Source: Nemertoderma westbladi (taxonomy: Eukaryota; Animalia; Xenacoelomorpha). From it: 64,000 nt of DNA. The position numbers and the translations under genes are program-made. This document shows, piece after piece, positions 28,201-41,892 of this stretch (the stretch's first letter is position 1; the number at the start of each line of letters is the position of its first letter). Under the pieces are notes generated by a model. The model made no database searches, was not told the origin of the DNA, and worked only from the letters and a program-made list of their open reading frames with translations. The DNA is taken from NCBI GenBank assembly GCA_032718475.1, contig JAUCBJ010009006.1:8915-72914 (forward strand). Direction: 5' to 3'.

Positions 28201-28364
28201 TATCTTTCAGCGGCCTTTTTATCCGCTGAGACATACACAATTCTCTTTCAGCGACCTTTTTATCCGTTGAGACATACAAAATTCTCTTTCAGCAACCTTT
28301 TATCCGCCGAGACATACAAAATTATCTTTTAGCGACCTTTTTATCCGCTGAGACATACAAAATT
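25273..28364. repeat. 41-bp satellite block 5
   Basis: Same monomer. Confidence 0.98.
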
Positions 28365-30006
28365 TCTATATTGTTCACAATATATCCATATTGGGAGCAA
28401 TAATTATTAGCTCAAATTAATTAGTTACAATCCATTCAATATTCAAATAAAAATAATGTTAATTTAATTTAATTACATTTTATCGTAAAATAATTCATAG
28501 TGTCGAAGATTCACTGGGCAGGTGTAAAACGCGGATCCGGATTCCAAAATTATCAATTAAGGGAACGGAGCAGGTTACAGTGGCACGTTATTTAAACCAA
28601 AACAATGAACTAAAGTCAATTGAACAGGTTATAGTTTTATTTTTGGGAGTTTATAAAAATGTAAAAAAATCGACTTCCGAGGGACAATGTTAAATGTAGA
28701 ATCCGGATCCGCGTTTTACTGTGACCCAGATTCACTGAGGTTTTATGCAAACTTTTATCAATAGAGCGATGATTATATTGAATTCGCCACTAATTGAATG
28801 CCACCCCAAATTAGATGATTTCATACTAAAAAAATTATTTAGCACCAAATATATTTTGTTGTAGCACCAATTCACATCCCCAATTTTGAATATCCCTCTC
28901 ACCAAAAACAATTATTCATCCCCCAAAACCAGGCCCGTATGGTGACCATAATATCTGGGGGGGGGGGGGGGGGGGCAGAGGCCAAATCTGGGGGGCATAT
29001 AGCTTTCGTTTATTATTTTGGTTCCCCCAACACGCCTCTGTAACCTGCTCCTTTACTAACTGTAACAACACGCCTCTGTAACCTGCTCCTTGTAGAGTGT
29101 TTGCGAACCGTTAAGGTGGCGTACAACTCTGCATTCAGACATCTATTTGAGTATAGGCGTTGCGACGACGCTGACACAATATTTGTCTGCCACCGTGTTA
29201 ACAACTTCAAAGCTGTCAGCCGGGTACTGGCATTCTCGTTGCGTAATCGCGTCGCAATTTCCTGCAATCCAATCCTTGTACAGTAGCTTGTGCAAACTTA
29301 GGTTACTCATCTCTCACTGATCGATGGGATGTGCTGCTTCTGTAATGCTCACCCCCCACTTCATGGCTTGCCCCCACATTATCGCGGCCTTCTCATATTT
29401 CAAATCCTTGCAAATATTATATAATATGAATTAATTCAATGTATATCTTATTATTTTTTTTTGAATACATCACACGCTACCGGTACTCAATTTTAATATT
29501 TAATATTTTGAATTCAGTAATGGGAATTGCTATTCTTTCGGTATTGGTTGGGCAGTGCCTGAGTGTATCTTTTTTTTGTTTTTTTTTGTATAATATTGTG
29601 CTTTCAAATTGCAAATGCGGTACCTTGGATATCGATTTAATTTAGTATTCTATATAGTATTCAATGTATCCTTGTGCATTTAGGTATTAATTGTGCTATG
29701 CTGTTAAATTTGGTAGTAATAATCTGTACAGTATGTTTTATGGGCTCTGCCCGATGAATAAACTTGAAATTGAAAAATTGAAATTTACTAACCTGCACCT
29801 TTAAAAGGGAATGGGAAATGGGACCTAACGCTCTTTGGGACGACTTTACCTCTTTGCTTTGTACAGAAAGGGCAGTAAAGTTCTTTGATCTTTGTTTTAT
29901 ACTCACCCGACGATCCTCGTACCAATAGCGCCACTGAGTGTCTGTTTATTTTGGTAGAATATTTGATTATTTTGGGGGAAATAAGCATTTTTTTTTTGGG
30001 GAATAT
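28365..30006. repeat. ~1.64-kb spacer, copy 5
   Basis: Near-identical to copy 1. Confidence 0.95.
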
Positions 30007-32410
30007 GTTTTATCCGCTGAGACATACCGAATTACCTTTCAGCGACCTTTTTATCCACTGAGACATAAAAATTCTCTTTCAGCAACCTTTTTATCCGCTG
30101 AGACATACAAAATTATCTTTCAGCAACCTTTTTATCCGCTGAGACATACAGAATTATCTTTCAGCGACCTTTTTATCCGCTGAGACATACAAAATTATCT
30201 TTCAGCGACCTTTTTATCCGCTGAGACATACAAAATTATCTTTCAGCGACCTTTTTATCCGCTGAGACATACAAAATTCTCTTTCAGCGGCCTTTTTATC
30301 CGCTGAGACATACAAAATTCTCTTTCAGCGACCTTTTTATCCGCTGAGACATACAAAATTATCTTTCAGCGACCTTTTTATCCGCTGAGACATACAAAAT
30401 TATCTTTCAGCGGCCTTTTTATCCGCTGAGACATACAAAATTCTCTTTCAGCGGCCTTTTTATCCGCTGAGACATACAGAATTCTGTTTCAGCGACCTTT
30501 TTATCCGTTGAGACATACAAAATTCTCTTTCAGCGACCTTTTTATCCGCTGAGACATACAAAATTATCTTTCAGCGACCTTTTTATCCGCTGAGACATAC
30601 AAAATTATCTTTCAGCGACCTTTTTATCCGCTGAGACATACAAAATTCTCTTTCAGCGGCCTTTTTATCCGCTGAGACATACAAAATTCTCTTTCAGCGA
30701 CCTTTTTATCCGCTGAGACATACAAAATTCTCTTTCAGCGACCTTTTTATCCGCTGAGACATACAAAATTATCTTTCAGCGACCTTTTTATCCGCTGAGA
30801 CATACAAAATTATCTTTCAGCGACCTTTTTATCCGCTGAGACATACAAAATTCTCTTTCAGCGGCCTTTTTATCCGCTGAGACATACAAAATTATCTTTC
30901 AGCGACCTTTTTATCCGCTGAGACATACAGAATTCTCTTTCAGCGGCCTTTTTATCCGCTGAGACATACAAAATTATCTTTCAGCGACCTTTTTATCCGC
31001 TGAGACATACAAAATTCTCTTTCAGCGACCTTTTTATCCGCTGAGACATACAAAATTATCTTTCAGCGACCTTTTTATCCGCTGAGACATACAAAATTAT
31101 CTTTCAGCGACCTTTTTATCCGCTGAGACATACAAAATTCTCTTTCAGCGACCTTTTTATCCGCTGAGACATACAAAATTATCTTTCAGCGACCTTTTTA
31201 TCCGCTGAGACATACAAAATTCTCTTTCAGCGACCTTTTTATCCGCTGAGACATACAAAATTCTCTTTCAGCGGCCTTTTTATCCGCTGAGACATACAGA
31301 ATTATCTTTCAGCGACCTTTTTATCCGCTGAGACATACAAAATTCTCTTTCAGCGGCCTTTTTATCCGCTGAGACATACAAAATTATCTTTCAGCGACCT
31401 TTTTATCCGCTGAGACATACAAAATTCTCTTTCAGCGGCCTTTTTATCCGCTGAGACATACAAAATTCTCTTTCAGCGGCCTTTTTATCCGCTGAGACAT
31501 ACAAAATTATCTTTCAGCAACCTTTTTATCCGCTGAGACATACAAAATTATCTTTCAGCGACCTTTTTATCCGCTGAGACATACAAAATTCTCTTTCAGC
31601 GGCCTTTTTATCCGCTGAGACATACAAAATTATCTTTCAGCGACCTTTTTATCCGCTGAGACATACAAAATTCTCTTTCAGCGACCTTTTTATCCGCTGA
31701 GACATACAAAATTATCTTTCAGCGACCTTTTTATCCGCTGAGACATACAAAATTCTCTTTCAGCGACCTTTTTATCCGCTGAGACATACAAAATTCTCTT
31801 TCAGCGGCCTTTTTATCCGCTGAGACATACAGAATTCTCTTTCAGCGACCTTTTTATCCGCTGAGACATACAGAATTCTCTTTCAGCGACCTTTTTATCC
31901 GCTGAGACATACAAAATTATCTTTCAGCAACCTTTTTATCCGCTGAGACATACAAAATTATCTTTCAGCGACCTTTTTATCCGCTGAGACATACAAAATT
32001 CTCTTTCAGCGGCCTTTTTATCCGCTGAGACATACAAAATTATCTTTCAGCGACCTTTTTATCCGCTGAGACATACAAAATTATCTTTCAGCGACCTTTT
32101 TATCCGCTGAGACATACAAAATTATCTTTCAGCGACCTTTTTATCCGCTGAGACATACAAAATTATCTTTCAGCGACCTTTTTATCCGCTGAGACATACA
32201 AAATTCTCTTTCAGCGGCCTTTTTATCCGCTGAGACATACAAAATTATCTTTCAGCGACCTTTTTATCCGCTGAGACATACAAAATTCTCTTTCAGCGAC
32301 CTTTTTATCCGCTGAGACATACAAAATTCTCTTTCAGCAACCTTTTTATCCGCTGAGACATACAAAATTATCTTTCAGCGACCTTTTTATCCGCTGAGAC
32401 ATACAAAATT
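30007..32410. repeat. 41-bp satellite block 6
   Basis: Same monomer. Confidence 0.98.
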
Positions 32411-34056
32411 TCTATATTGTTCACAATATATCCATATTGGGAGCAATAATTATTAGCTCAAATTAATTAGTTACAATCCATTCAATATTCAAATAAAAAT
32501 AATGTTAATTTAATTTAATTACATTTTATCGTAAAATAATTCATAGTGTCGAAGATTCACTGGGCAGGTGTAAAACGCGGATCCGGATTCCAAAATTATC
32601 AATTAAGGGAACGGAGCAGGTTACAGTGGCACGTTATTTAAACCAAAACAATAAACTAAAGTCAATTGAACAGGTTATAGTTTTATTTTTGGGAGTTTAT
32701 AAAAATGTAAAAAAAATCGACTTCCGAGGGACAATGTTAAATGTAGAATCCGGATCCGCGTTTTACTGTGACCCAGATTCACTGAGGTTTTATGCAAACT
32801 TTTATCAATAGAGCGATGATTATATTGAATTCGCCACTAATTGAATGCCACCCCAAATTAGATGATTTCATACCAAAAAAATTATTTAGCACCAAATATA
32901 TTTTGTTGTAGCACCAATTCACATCCCCAATTTTGAATATCCCTCTCACCAAAAACAATTATTCATCCCCCAAAACCAGGCCCGTATGGTGACCATAATA
33001 TCTGGGGGGGGGGGGGGGGGGGGGGCAGAGGCCAAATCTGGGGGGCATATAGCTTTCGTTTATTATTTTGGTTCCCCCAACACGCCTCTGTAACCTGCTC
33101 CTTTACTAACTGTAACAACACGCCTCTGTAACCTGCTCCTTGTAGAGTGTTTGCGAACCGTTAAGGTGGCGTACAACTCTGCATTCAGACATCTATTTGA
33201 GTATAGGCGTTGCGACGACGCTGACACAATATTTGTCTGCCACCGTGTTAACAACTTCAAAGCTGTCAGCCGGGTACTGGCATTCTCGTTGCGTAATCGC
33301 GTCGCAATTTCCTGCAATCCAATCCTTGTACAGTAGCTTGTGCAAACTTAGGTTACTCATCTCTCACTGATCGATGGGATGTGCTGCTTCTGTAATGCTC
33401 ACCCCCCACTTCATGGCTTGCCCCCACATTATCGCGGCCTTCTCATATTTCAAATCCTTGCAAATATTATATAATATGAATTAATTCAATGTATATCTTA
33501 TTATTTTTTTTTGAATACATCACACGCTACCGGTACTCAATTTTAATATTTAATATTTTGAATTCAGTAATGGGAATTGCTATTCTTTCGGTATTGGTTG
33601 GGCAGTGCCTGAGTGTATCTTTTTTTTGTTTTTTTTTGTATAATATTGTGCTTTCAAATTGCAAATGCGGTACCTTGGATATCGATTTAATTTAGTATTC
33701 TATATAGTATTCAATGTATCCTTGTGCATTTAGGTATTAATTGTGCTATGCTGTTAAATTTGGTAGTAATAATCTGTACAGTATGTTTTATGGGCTCTGC
33801 CCGATGAATAAATTTGAAATTGAAAAATTGAAATTTACTAACCTGCACCTTTAAAAGGGAATGGGAAATGGGACCTAACGCTCTTTGGGACGACTTTACC
33901 TCTTTGCTTTGTACAGAAAGGGCAGTAAAGTTCTTTGATCTTTGTTTTATACTCACCCGACGATCCTCGTACCAATAGCGCCACTGAGTGTCTGTTTATT
34001 TTGGTAGAATATTTGATTATTTTGGGGGAAATAAGCATTTTTTTTTTGGGGAATAT
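32411..34056. repeat. ~1.64-kb spacer, copy 6
   Basis: Near-identical to copy 1. Confidence 0.95.
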
Positions 34057-35516
34057 GTTTTATCCGCTGAGACATACCGAATTACCTTTCAGCGACCTTT
34101 TTATCCACTGAGACATAAAAATTCTCTTTCAGCAACCTTTTTATCCGCTGAGACATACAAAATTATCTTTCAGCAACCTTTTTATCCGCTGAGACATACA
34201 AAATTCTCTTTCAGCGACCTTTTTATCCGCTGAGACATACAAAATTCTCTTTCAGCGACCTTTTTATCCGCTGAGACATACAAAATTATCTTTCAGCGAC
34301 CTTTTTATCCGCTGAGACATACAAAATTCTCTTTCAGCGGCCTTTTTATCCGCTGAGACATACAAAATTCTCTTTCAGCGACCTTTTTATCCGCTGAGAC
34401 ATACAAAATTCTCTTTCAGCGACCTTTTTATCCGCTGAGACATACAGAATTATCTTTCAGCGACCTTTTTATCCGCTGAGACATACAAAATTCTCTTTCA
34501 GCGGCCTTTTTATCCGCTGAGACATACAAAATTCTCTTTCAGCAACCTTTTTATCCGCTGAGACATACAAAATTCTCTTTCAGCGGCCTTTTTATCCGCT
34601 GAGACATACAAAATTCTCTTTCAGCGGCCTTTTTATCCGCTGAGACATACAAAATTCTCTTTCAGCGGCCTTTTTATCCGCTGAGACATACAGAATTCTC
34701 TTTCAGCGACCTTTTTATCCGCTGAGACATACAAAATTCTCTTTCAGCGGCCTTTTTATCCGCTGAGACATACAAAATTATCTTTCAGCGACCTTTTTAT
34801 CCGCTGAGACATACAAAATTCTCTTTCAGCGGCCTTTTTATCCGCTGAGACATACAAAATTCTCTTTCAGCGGCCTTTTTATCCGCTGAGACATACAAAA
34901 TTCTCTTTCAGCGGCCTTTTTATCCGCTGAGACATACAAAATTCTCTTTCAGCGACCTTTTTATCCGCTGAGACATACAAAATTCTCTTTCAGCGGCCTT
35001 TTTATCCGCTGAGACATACAAAATTCTCTTTCAGCGACCTTTTTATCCGCTGAGACATACAAAATTCTCTTTCAGCGGCCTTTTTATCCGCTGAGACATA
35101 CAAAATTCTCTTTCAGCGGCCTTTTTATCCGCTGAGACATACAAAATTCTCTTTCAGCGGCCTTTTTATCCGCTGAGACATACAAAATTATCTTTCAGCG
35201 ACCTTTTTATCCGCTGAGACATACAAAATTCTCTTTCAGCGGCCTTTTTATCCGCTGAGACATACAAAATTATCTTTCAGCGACCTTTTTATCCGCTGAG
35301 ACATACAAAATTCTCTTTCAGCGGCCTTTTTATCCGCTGAGACATACAAAATTCTCTTTCAGCGGCCTTTTTATCCGCTGAGACATACACAATTCTGTTT
35401 CAGCGACCTTTTTATCCGTTGAGACATACAAAATTCTCTTTCAGCAACCTTTTATCCGCCGAGACATACAAAATTATCTTTTAGCGACCTTTTTATCCGC
35501 TGAGACATACAAAATT
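34057..35516. repeat. 41-bp satellite block 7
   Basis: Same monomer. Confidence 0.98.
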
Positions 35517-37161
35517 TCTATATTGTTCACAATATATCCATATTGGGAGCAATAATTATTAGCTCAAATTAATTAGTTACAATCCATTCAATATTGAAAT
35601 AAAAATAATGTTAATTTAATTTAATTACATTTTATCGTAAAATAATTCATAGTGTCGAAGATTCACTGGGCAGGTGTAAAACGCGGATCCGGATTCCAAA
35701 ATTATCAATTAAGGGAACGGAGCAGGTTACAGTGGCACGTTATTTAAACCAAAACAATAAACTAAAGTCAATTGAACAGGTTATAGTTTTATTTTTGGGA
35801 GTTTATAAAAATGTAAAAAAAATCGACTTCCGAGGGACAATGTTAAATGTAGAATCCGGATCCGCGTTTTACTGTGACCCAGATTCACTGAGGTTTTATG
35901 CAAACTTTTATCAATAGAGCGATGATTATATTGAATTCGCCACTAATTGAATGCCACCCCAAATTAGATGATTTCATACCAAAAAAATTATTTAGCACCA
36001 AATATATTTTGTTGTAGCACCAATTCACATCCCCAATTTTGAATATCCCTCTCACCAAAAACAATTATTCATCCCCCAAAACCAGGCCCGTATGGTGACC
36101 ATAATATCTGGGGGGGGGGGGGGGGGCAGAGGCCAAATCTGGGGGGCATATAGCTTTCGTTTATTGTTTTGGTTCCCCCAACACGCCTCTGTAACCTGCT
36201 CCTTTACTAACTGTAACAACACGCCTCTGTAACCTGCTCCTTGTAGAGTGTTTGCGAACCGTTAAGGTGGCGTACAACTCTGCATTCAGACATCTATTTG
36301 AGTATAGGCGTTGCGACGACGCTGACACAATATTTGTCTGCCACCGTGTTAACAACTTCAAAGCTGTCAGCCGGGTACTGGCATTCTATTTGCGTAATCG
36401 CGTCGCAATTTCCTGCAATCCAATCCTTGTACAGTAGCTTGTGCTGTGCAAACTTAGGTTACTCATCTCTCACTGAACGATGGGATGTGCTGCTTCTGTA
36501 ATGCTCACCCCCCACTTCATGGCTTGCCCCCACATTATCGCGGCCTTCTCATATTTCAAATCCTTGCAAATATTATATAATATGAATTAATTCAATGTAT
36601 ATCTTATTATTTTTTTTTGAATACATCACACGCTACCGGTACTCAATTTTAATATTTAATATTTTGAATTCAGTAATGGGAATTGCTATTCTTTCGGTAT
36701 TGGTTGGGCAGTGCCTGAGTGTATCTTTTTTTTGTTTTTTTTTGTATAATATTGTGCTTTCAAATTGCAAATGCGGTACCTTGGATATCGATTTAATTTA
36801 GTATTCTATATAGTATTCAATGTATCCTTGTGCATTTAGGTATTAATTGTGCTATGCTGTTAAATTTGGTAGTAATAATCTGTACAGTATGTTTTATGGG
36901 CTCTGCCCGATTAATAAATTTGAAATTGAAAAATTGAAATTTACTAACCTGCACCTTTAAAAGGGAGTGGGAAATGGGACCTAACGCTCTTTGGGACGAC
37001 TTTACCTCTTTGCTTTGTACAGAAAGGGCAGTAAAGTTCTTTGATCTTTGTTTTATACTCACCCGACGATCCTCGTACCAATAGCGCCACTGAGTGTCTG
37101 TTTATTTTGGTAGAATATTTGATTATTTTGGGGGAAATAAGCATTTTTTTTTGGGGAATAT
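35517..37161. repeat. ~1.64-kb spacer, copy 7
   Basis: Near-identical; carries a private 5-bp duplication at ~36440. Confidence 0.95.
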
Positions 37162-37721
37162 GTTTTATCCGCTGAGACATACAGAATTATCTTTCAGCGA
37201 CCTTTTTATCCGCTGAGACATACAAAATTATCTTTCAGCGACCTTTTTATCCGCTGAGACATACAAAATTATCTTTCAGCGACCTTTTTATCCGCAGAGA
37301 CATACAAAATTCTCTTTCAGCGGCCTTTTTATCCGCTGAGACATATAAAATTCTCTTTCAGCGGCCTTTTTATCCGCTGAGACATACAAAATTCTCTTTC
37401 AGCGGCCTTTTTATCCGCTGAGACATACAAAATTCTCTTTCAGCGGCCTTTTTATCCGCTGAGACATACAAAATTCTCTTTCAGCGGCCTTTTTATCCGC
37501 TGAGACATACAAAATTATCTTTCAGCGGCCTTTTTATCCGCTGAGACATACAGAATTATCTTTCAGCGACCTTTTTATCCGCTGAGACATACACAATTCT
37601 GTTTCAGCGACCTTTTTATCCGTTGAGACATACAAAATTCTCTTTCAGCAACCTTTTTATCCGCCGAGACATACAAAATTATCTTTCAGCGACCTTTTTA
37701 TCCGCTGAGACATACAAAATT
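37162..37721. repeat. 41-bp satellite block 8
   Basis: Same monomer; shortest block (~14 units). Confidence 0.98.
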
Positions 37722-38295
37722 TCTATATTGTTCACAATATATCCATATTGGGAGCAATAATTATTAGCTCAAATTAATTAGTTACAATCCATTCAATATT
37801 GAAATAAAAATAATGTTAATTTAATTTAATTACATTTTATCGTAAAATAATTCATAGTGTCGAAGATTCACTGGGCAGGTGTAAAACGCGGATCCGGATT
37901 CCAAAATTATCAATTAAGGGAACGGAGCAGGTTACAGTGGCACGTTATTTAAACCAAAACAATAAACTAAAGTCAATTGAACAGGTTATAGTTTTATTTT
38001 TGGGAGTTTATAAAAATGTAAAAAAAATCGACTTCCGAGGGACAATGTTAAATGTAGAATCCGGATCCGCGTTTTACTGTGACCCAGATTCACTGAGGTT
38101 TTATGCAAACTTTTATCAATAGAGCGATGATTATATTGAATTCGCCACTAATTGAATGCCACCCCAAATTAGATGATTTCATACCAAAAAAATTATTTAG
38201 CACCAAATATATTTTGTTGTAGCACCAATTCACATCCCCAATTTTGAATATCCCTCTCACCAAAAACAATTATTCATCCCCCAAAACCAGGCCCG
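37722..38295. repeat. Spacer copy 8, left part (ends in TSD GCCCG)
   Basis: Matches the spacer up to CCAAAACCAGGCCCG. Confidence 0.95.
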
Positions 38296-39546
38296 TGTAC
38301 GCGCTTTTGAAGACCTTTAGCAGTTTAACCTGCCAAAATTTATATGTCTTTTGGTTTATGTTCAGACTTTAGAAATTGACAAATATTTAATACCAATAAA
38401 CACAACATTAGCCGAAGCCAGCCTAGTGCGCGTCCATTCACCCGCTGGATATTCCCGGGAGACTGGGTTCGGATGTGGCTTAAATTTTATTATTGCAGTG
38501 AAGCCTACTGTATTATTCGATTGATCGTTAATAAGTAATTTCTGACAAATATTATTCACTTTCGGGAAATATTAACAGTTCCTTTAGGACGTGGCGCTCT
38601 ACCTAAGTAAACAGAGTTATGACTTATACTACACGCAACGGTAAGGCTTATAATTCACGTATAAGGCGCATTCTTTAGGAAATGCTTTGTTATCGGTCAC
38701 AATCATGCACACTACCGGTACCGCACAATACTGCACACTAATCTGCCGACCGTCAATGAATTTGATCACACATGAAGAGAACAGCAATTGACCTATGTAG
38801 TGTCTATCAAATAGCATTAGGTTCACTACAAACCACGATAACATAAGTCGCAATTGTTATATATAGCCTGTCTCTCTAACCTGTAGTGTATCAAGAAAAT
38901 TGGGAAATTTGGGTTCTTTATAGATGTTCTCCAAATAATAATATTCAACCAACTGATAAACACAACAGTAAATAACATTAAGACGGTAGGTTAAGATAAT
39001 GTAACACGCTGACAATGCAGCAAACACAACCGATCGGGCAGATCGGGCCGAGTTGTGGGTTATATGCCGTTGGGCAGTTGGGCCGATAACAGTTATACGT
39101 TCTATAATTTAAGCCTACTAATGTTTTACTAAAAGTCTGAAACGAGTCATTCCAAAAGCCGATGTTCTGGCGTAGGAGGAATAACAACACTGTCCTCTGT
39201 CCCTGTTGCAGGTATCTTTTACACAGAGAGGAATAGCTCTCATTGGCAGAACACCAGATTCCACAGGTTCCACGAATATCTAAATGCCGAACTATCAGGA
39301 TTTTTGCATCCCTTGGCCAGCACACAAAATGAGTCACTCCGCTCGGTTGTCCTGGTTGCATACTCTGCTGCTATAGCTCTGGTTGGCCGATAGAACATAG
39401 CAAAGAACCCCTCGTACAGCAAATCAGCCAATCAGCCGGTCGCTTGTACCATTCGAGTTAGTGAGCCTTTTAGAGTATTCCAGCGCCTGGGGGGAAACTG
39501 GATTGCAAAGCAAAAGGGCCAGTTATATCCCACAGAAGCTTTTACA
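38296..39546 (-). repeat. 3' LTR of BEL-B
   Basis: Copy of 49168-50418 at offset 10872; ORF-track translations are identical. Confidence 0.97.
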
Positions 39547-39624
39547 CCGCTCCCAGAAAATGGGATTTAAGTCTATAAAATATACAAAATCACAGTTTCT
39601 AATATACGTAAATACTCTAAACAG

Positions 39625-41072
39625 TTAATCTTTCTTACGCGGACGGCGTTTACGCAGTTTTTTAAAGCTAGCCAGAGTCTTTTTCTCTTTGGGGCGAGCC
39701 ACTTTACAAGGAGGGCTATAACTCCTGGGTGAAGGGTGCAATATGATTGCATCAGAGGGTATAGGATTATGGTCGGTGTATCCGCCGGTCGAAGTGCCGG
39801 GTTGGTTGACATCAACGTCGGGGAAGAGGGGTCTAACGGCCTTTAGAGCGCGTTTTAGGATAGCCGCTCTTACGGGTCCTTTACGAGTGGTCTGAACGAG
39901 AGCCGTAGGTGGACCATAGGCAGTTAGAAACTTCCTGGGTTTAATGGTTCTTTCCAACTCGCGTTCGCGGGCTCGGTATTCGTAAGGCCGTCGATATACT
40001 TCCTGTAACTCGGGTGTGAGTTAACAAATAAGTCTCCATAGCCCGGATCTTGACGGATAAAATTGATTAAGTTATAGGAATGAATGTCGCTAGGATTAAC
40101 ACTCCTGAGAAATTTGCGTACGAATTTGGTTGAAATACATTCTCCGACGCGCTTCAGTAGTTCGTAACTCGATATGCGTGATTTCTGTTCGACAGAAGCG
40201 AATAGATAAGGATGGAATGCATAAACTCCTTCGTAAGCGCGTCCAGGATAATAGCGATGGCGCGAATCACAATGTAAATCAGTGTTCGCTTCCCAAGCTC
40301 TGATGTAACGTAGTGTGATCATTTCATCTACGCTTTCCAAATCGTGATTAAAAGGGCAATCGAAACTGGCGTATCCCTTTAGTTGACAATGGTGACATTG
40401 AGTCATAAATTGAGGGCAAACCGCAAAAATATGCAAGTTATTGAGTCTGCAATATGCGCAATAAATTTCCATCGCCGGTTGTTCGTGGAAATAGGAACAG
40501 CGGATGTTTGTGTCCATGGGCGTAACATGGTCTCTCGATGCGCATAACCGACAACGTTGCCGAGAAACATAGTTGGCATGGCGATAACTGTACGCAGTGA
40601 GACACTGTGGACCTTGATACCATTCTAGGATGTAATCGTTGTCGCTGTTCCGGGCGCGATAGGCTGAATCTCCTCAGATTCTAGGCATATTGGTTCGTCT
40701 TCCCAGTCTGTTACGAATAGAATTTTCGTGATCTATTATCGGTTTATCGTTACGACTCCGCTGGGTATGATATTTAAATAGAACCATTTCCCTTTCGGTG
40801 TATACATCGTCCGTATCATGTAAATCGATAGGATGGCCGGTAGTTATGAAGTCCATATACGTACTGTTACGATTCGTATAGCGAGCGGTGAATTTTCGAT
40901 AGTCCAATTCAAGCGTAAGTGGCTCTTGGGACATCGGCGGTTCGATATAACGACCATCGTCCTCCGCAATGGTTGGATCGGTTTCACCGCGTATCAAGCT
41001 ATCCAAAAATGCTTGTAAAGGTAGAGTATATCGCTCCCTGATACCAAGATCATCTTCTATCAACTCCGTCAT
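39625..41072 (-). pseudogene. Extra 3' ORF of BEL-B: uncharacterised protein with three CCHC-like zinc knuckles and a basic tail; one in-frame TGA (40674-40676) and a probable frameshift near 39980
   Basis: ORFs 41072-40674 and 40517-39924 share a frame and the 52 codons between them are open. The joined protein has CRLCASRDHVTPMDTNIRC, CAYCRLNNLHIFAVC, CHHCQLKGYASFDC. ORF 39957-39625 overlaps the end and finishes KKLRKRRPRKKD. Confidence 0.65.
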
Positions 41073-41114
41073 ATCTGCTATCTGAGTTTATTAATATCGA
41101 AATGAGTTTATGTT

Positions 41115-41267
41115 TAGGCGAGCGGACGTCGCTGCCTACCTCTCTTTGCCCCCGGACAGTGGGATTCTCAGCGCCGATGTACCGTCGTCGCGGTGTTTAC
41201 GCCAACATGTAGCAACATCACGACAACGATAACCGGCACAAGTCACTCCACTGTCCGTCCCAAAGGC
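41115..41267 (-). other. Predicted structured RNA element (long imperfect hairpin plus short hairpin) upstream of the extra ORF
   Basis: Nested minus-strand stems CGGACAGUGG/CCACUGUCCG, GUGCCGGU/AUCGGCGC, UAUCGUUGUCGUG/CGCGACGACGGUA with several G-U pairs; second hairpin at 41115-41138. Confidence 0.55.
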
Positions 41268-41892
41268 TTGAATCCACTTTAGGTTCTTTCTATAGGAGAG
41301 TTGGGCTACTTTCACAATTGCGACTAGCTACTGTAAACACACCTTAGCAGTAACATTCACCTACAAACGCACAAATTCCACACAACTGTCACCAATTGTA
41401 CACATACAGGCCATTTGTCCGTTAGTCAGTGCCTTCCAGAATGTCACGTTATTACTGCGTATCCTTGGATACTAACAGTGTGCTATGTATTCTCTATGCT
41501 ATGCAATGGGACAAGCTTTCTATTGTTCTTTTAACTTGCTTCTAATTCTAGCGTGGGTGTTGCTATGGTGACATTATGGAATGCTAGCGGTAGAATTAGG
41601 GTAATTCTCATGCATACAGATCTGGGATGCTATTTAATAATAATTCTTTAATTGTCAATATCCTCTTTATGCATGATTTTATTAATTTTATCGGCTATTG
41701 ACTATATGTTGGAGATTCTCGCACTCTAATACACTCAATAGGATGAATCTCCGCTCCCATGATCTATTAATTAATGGAATTTTGGGAATGTTATAAATTG
41801 CACAAAATGACAATTTATGAAATTCATTTAAAATATGAATTTAAATTTATTCCCGGGAATTTTATTATTTGATGTTAAAATTGACACAATTT

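Noticed and set aside
38362-39431. ORFs inside the BEL-B LTRs (also 49234-50303)
   Set aside because: No motifs, mostly non-ATG starts; duplicated only because the LTR is.
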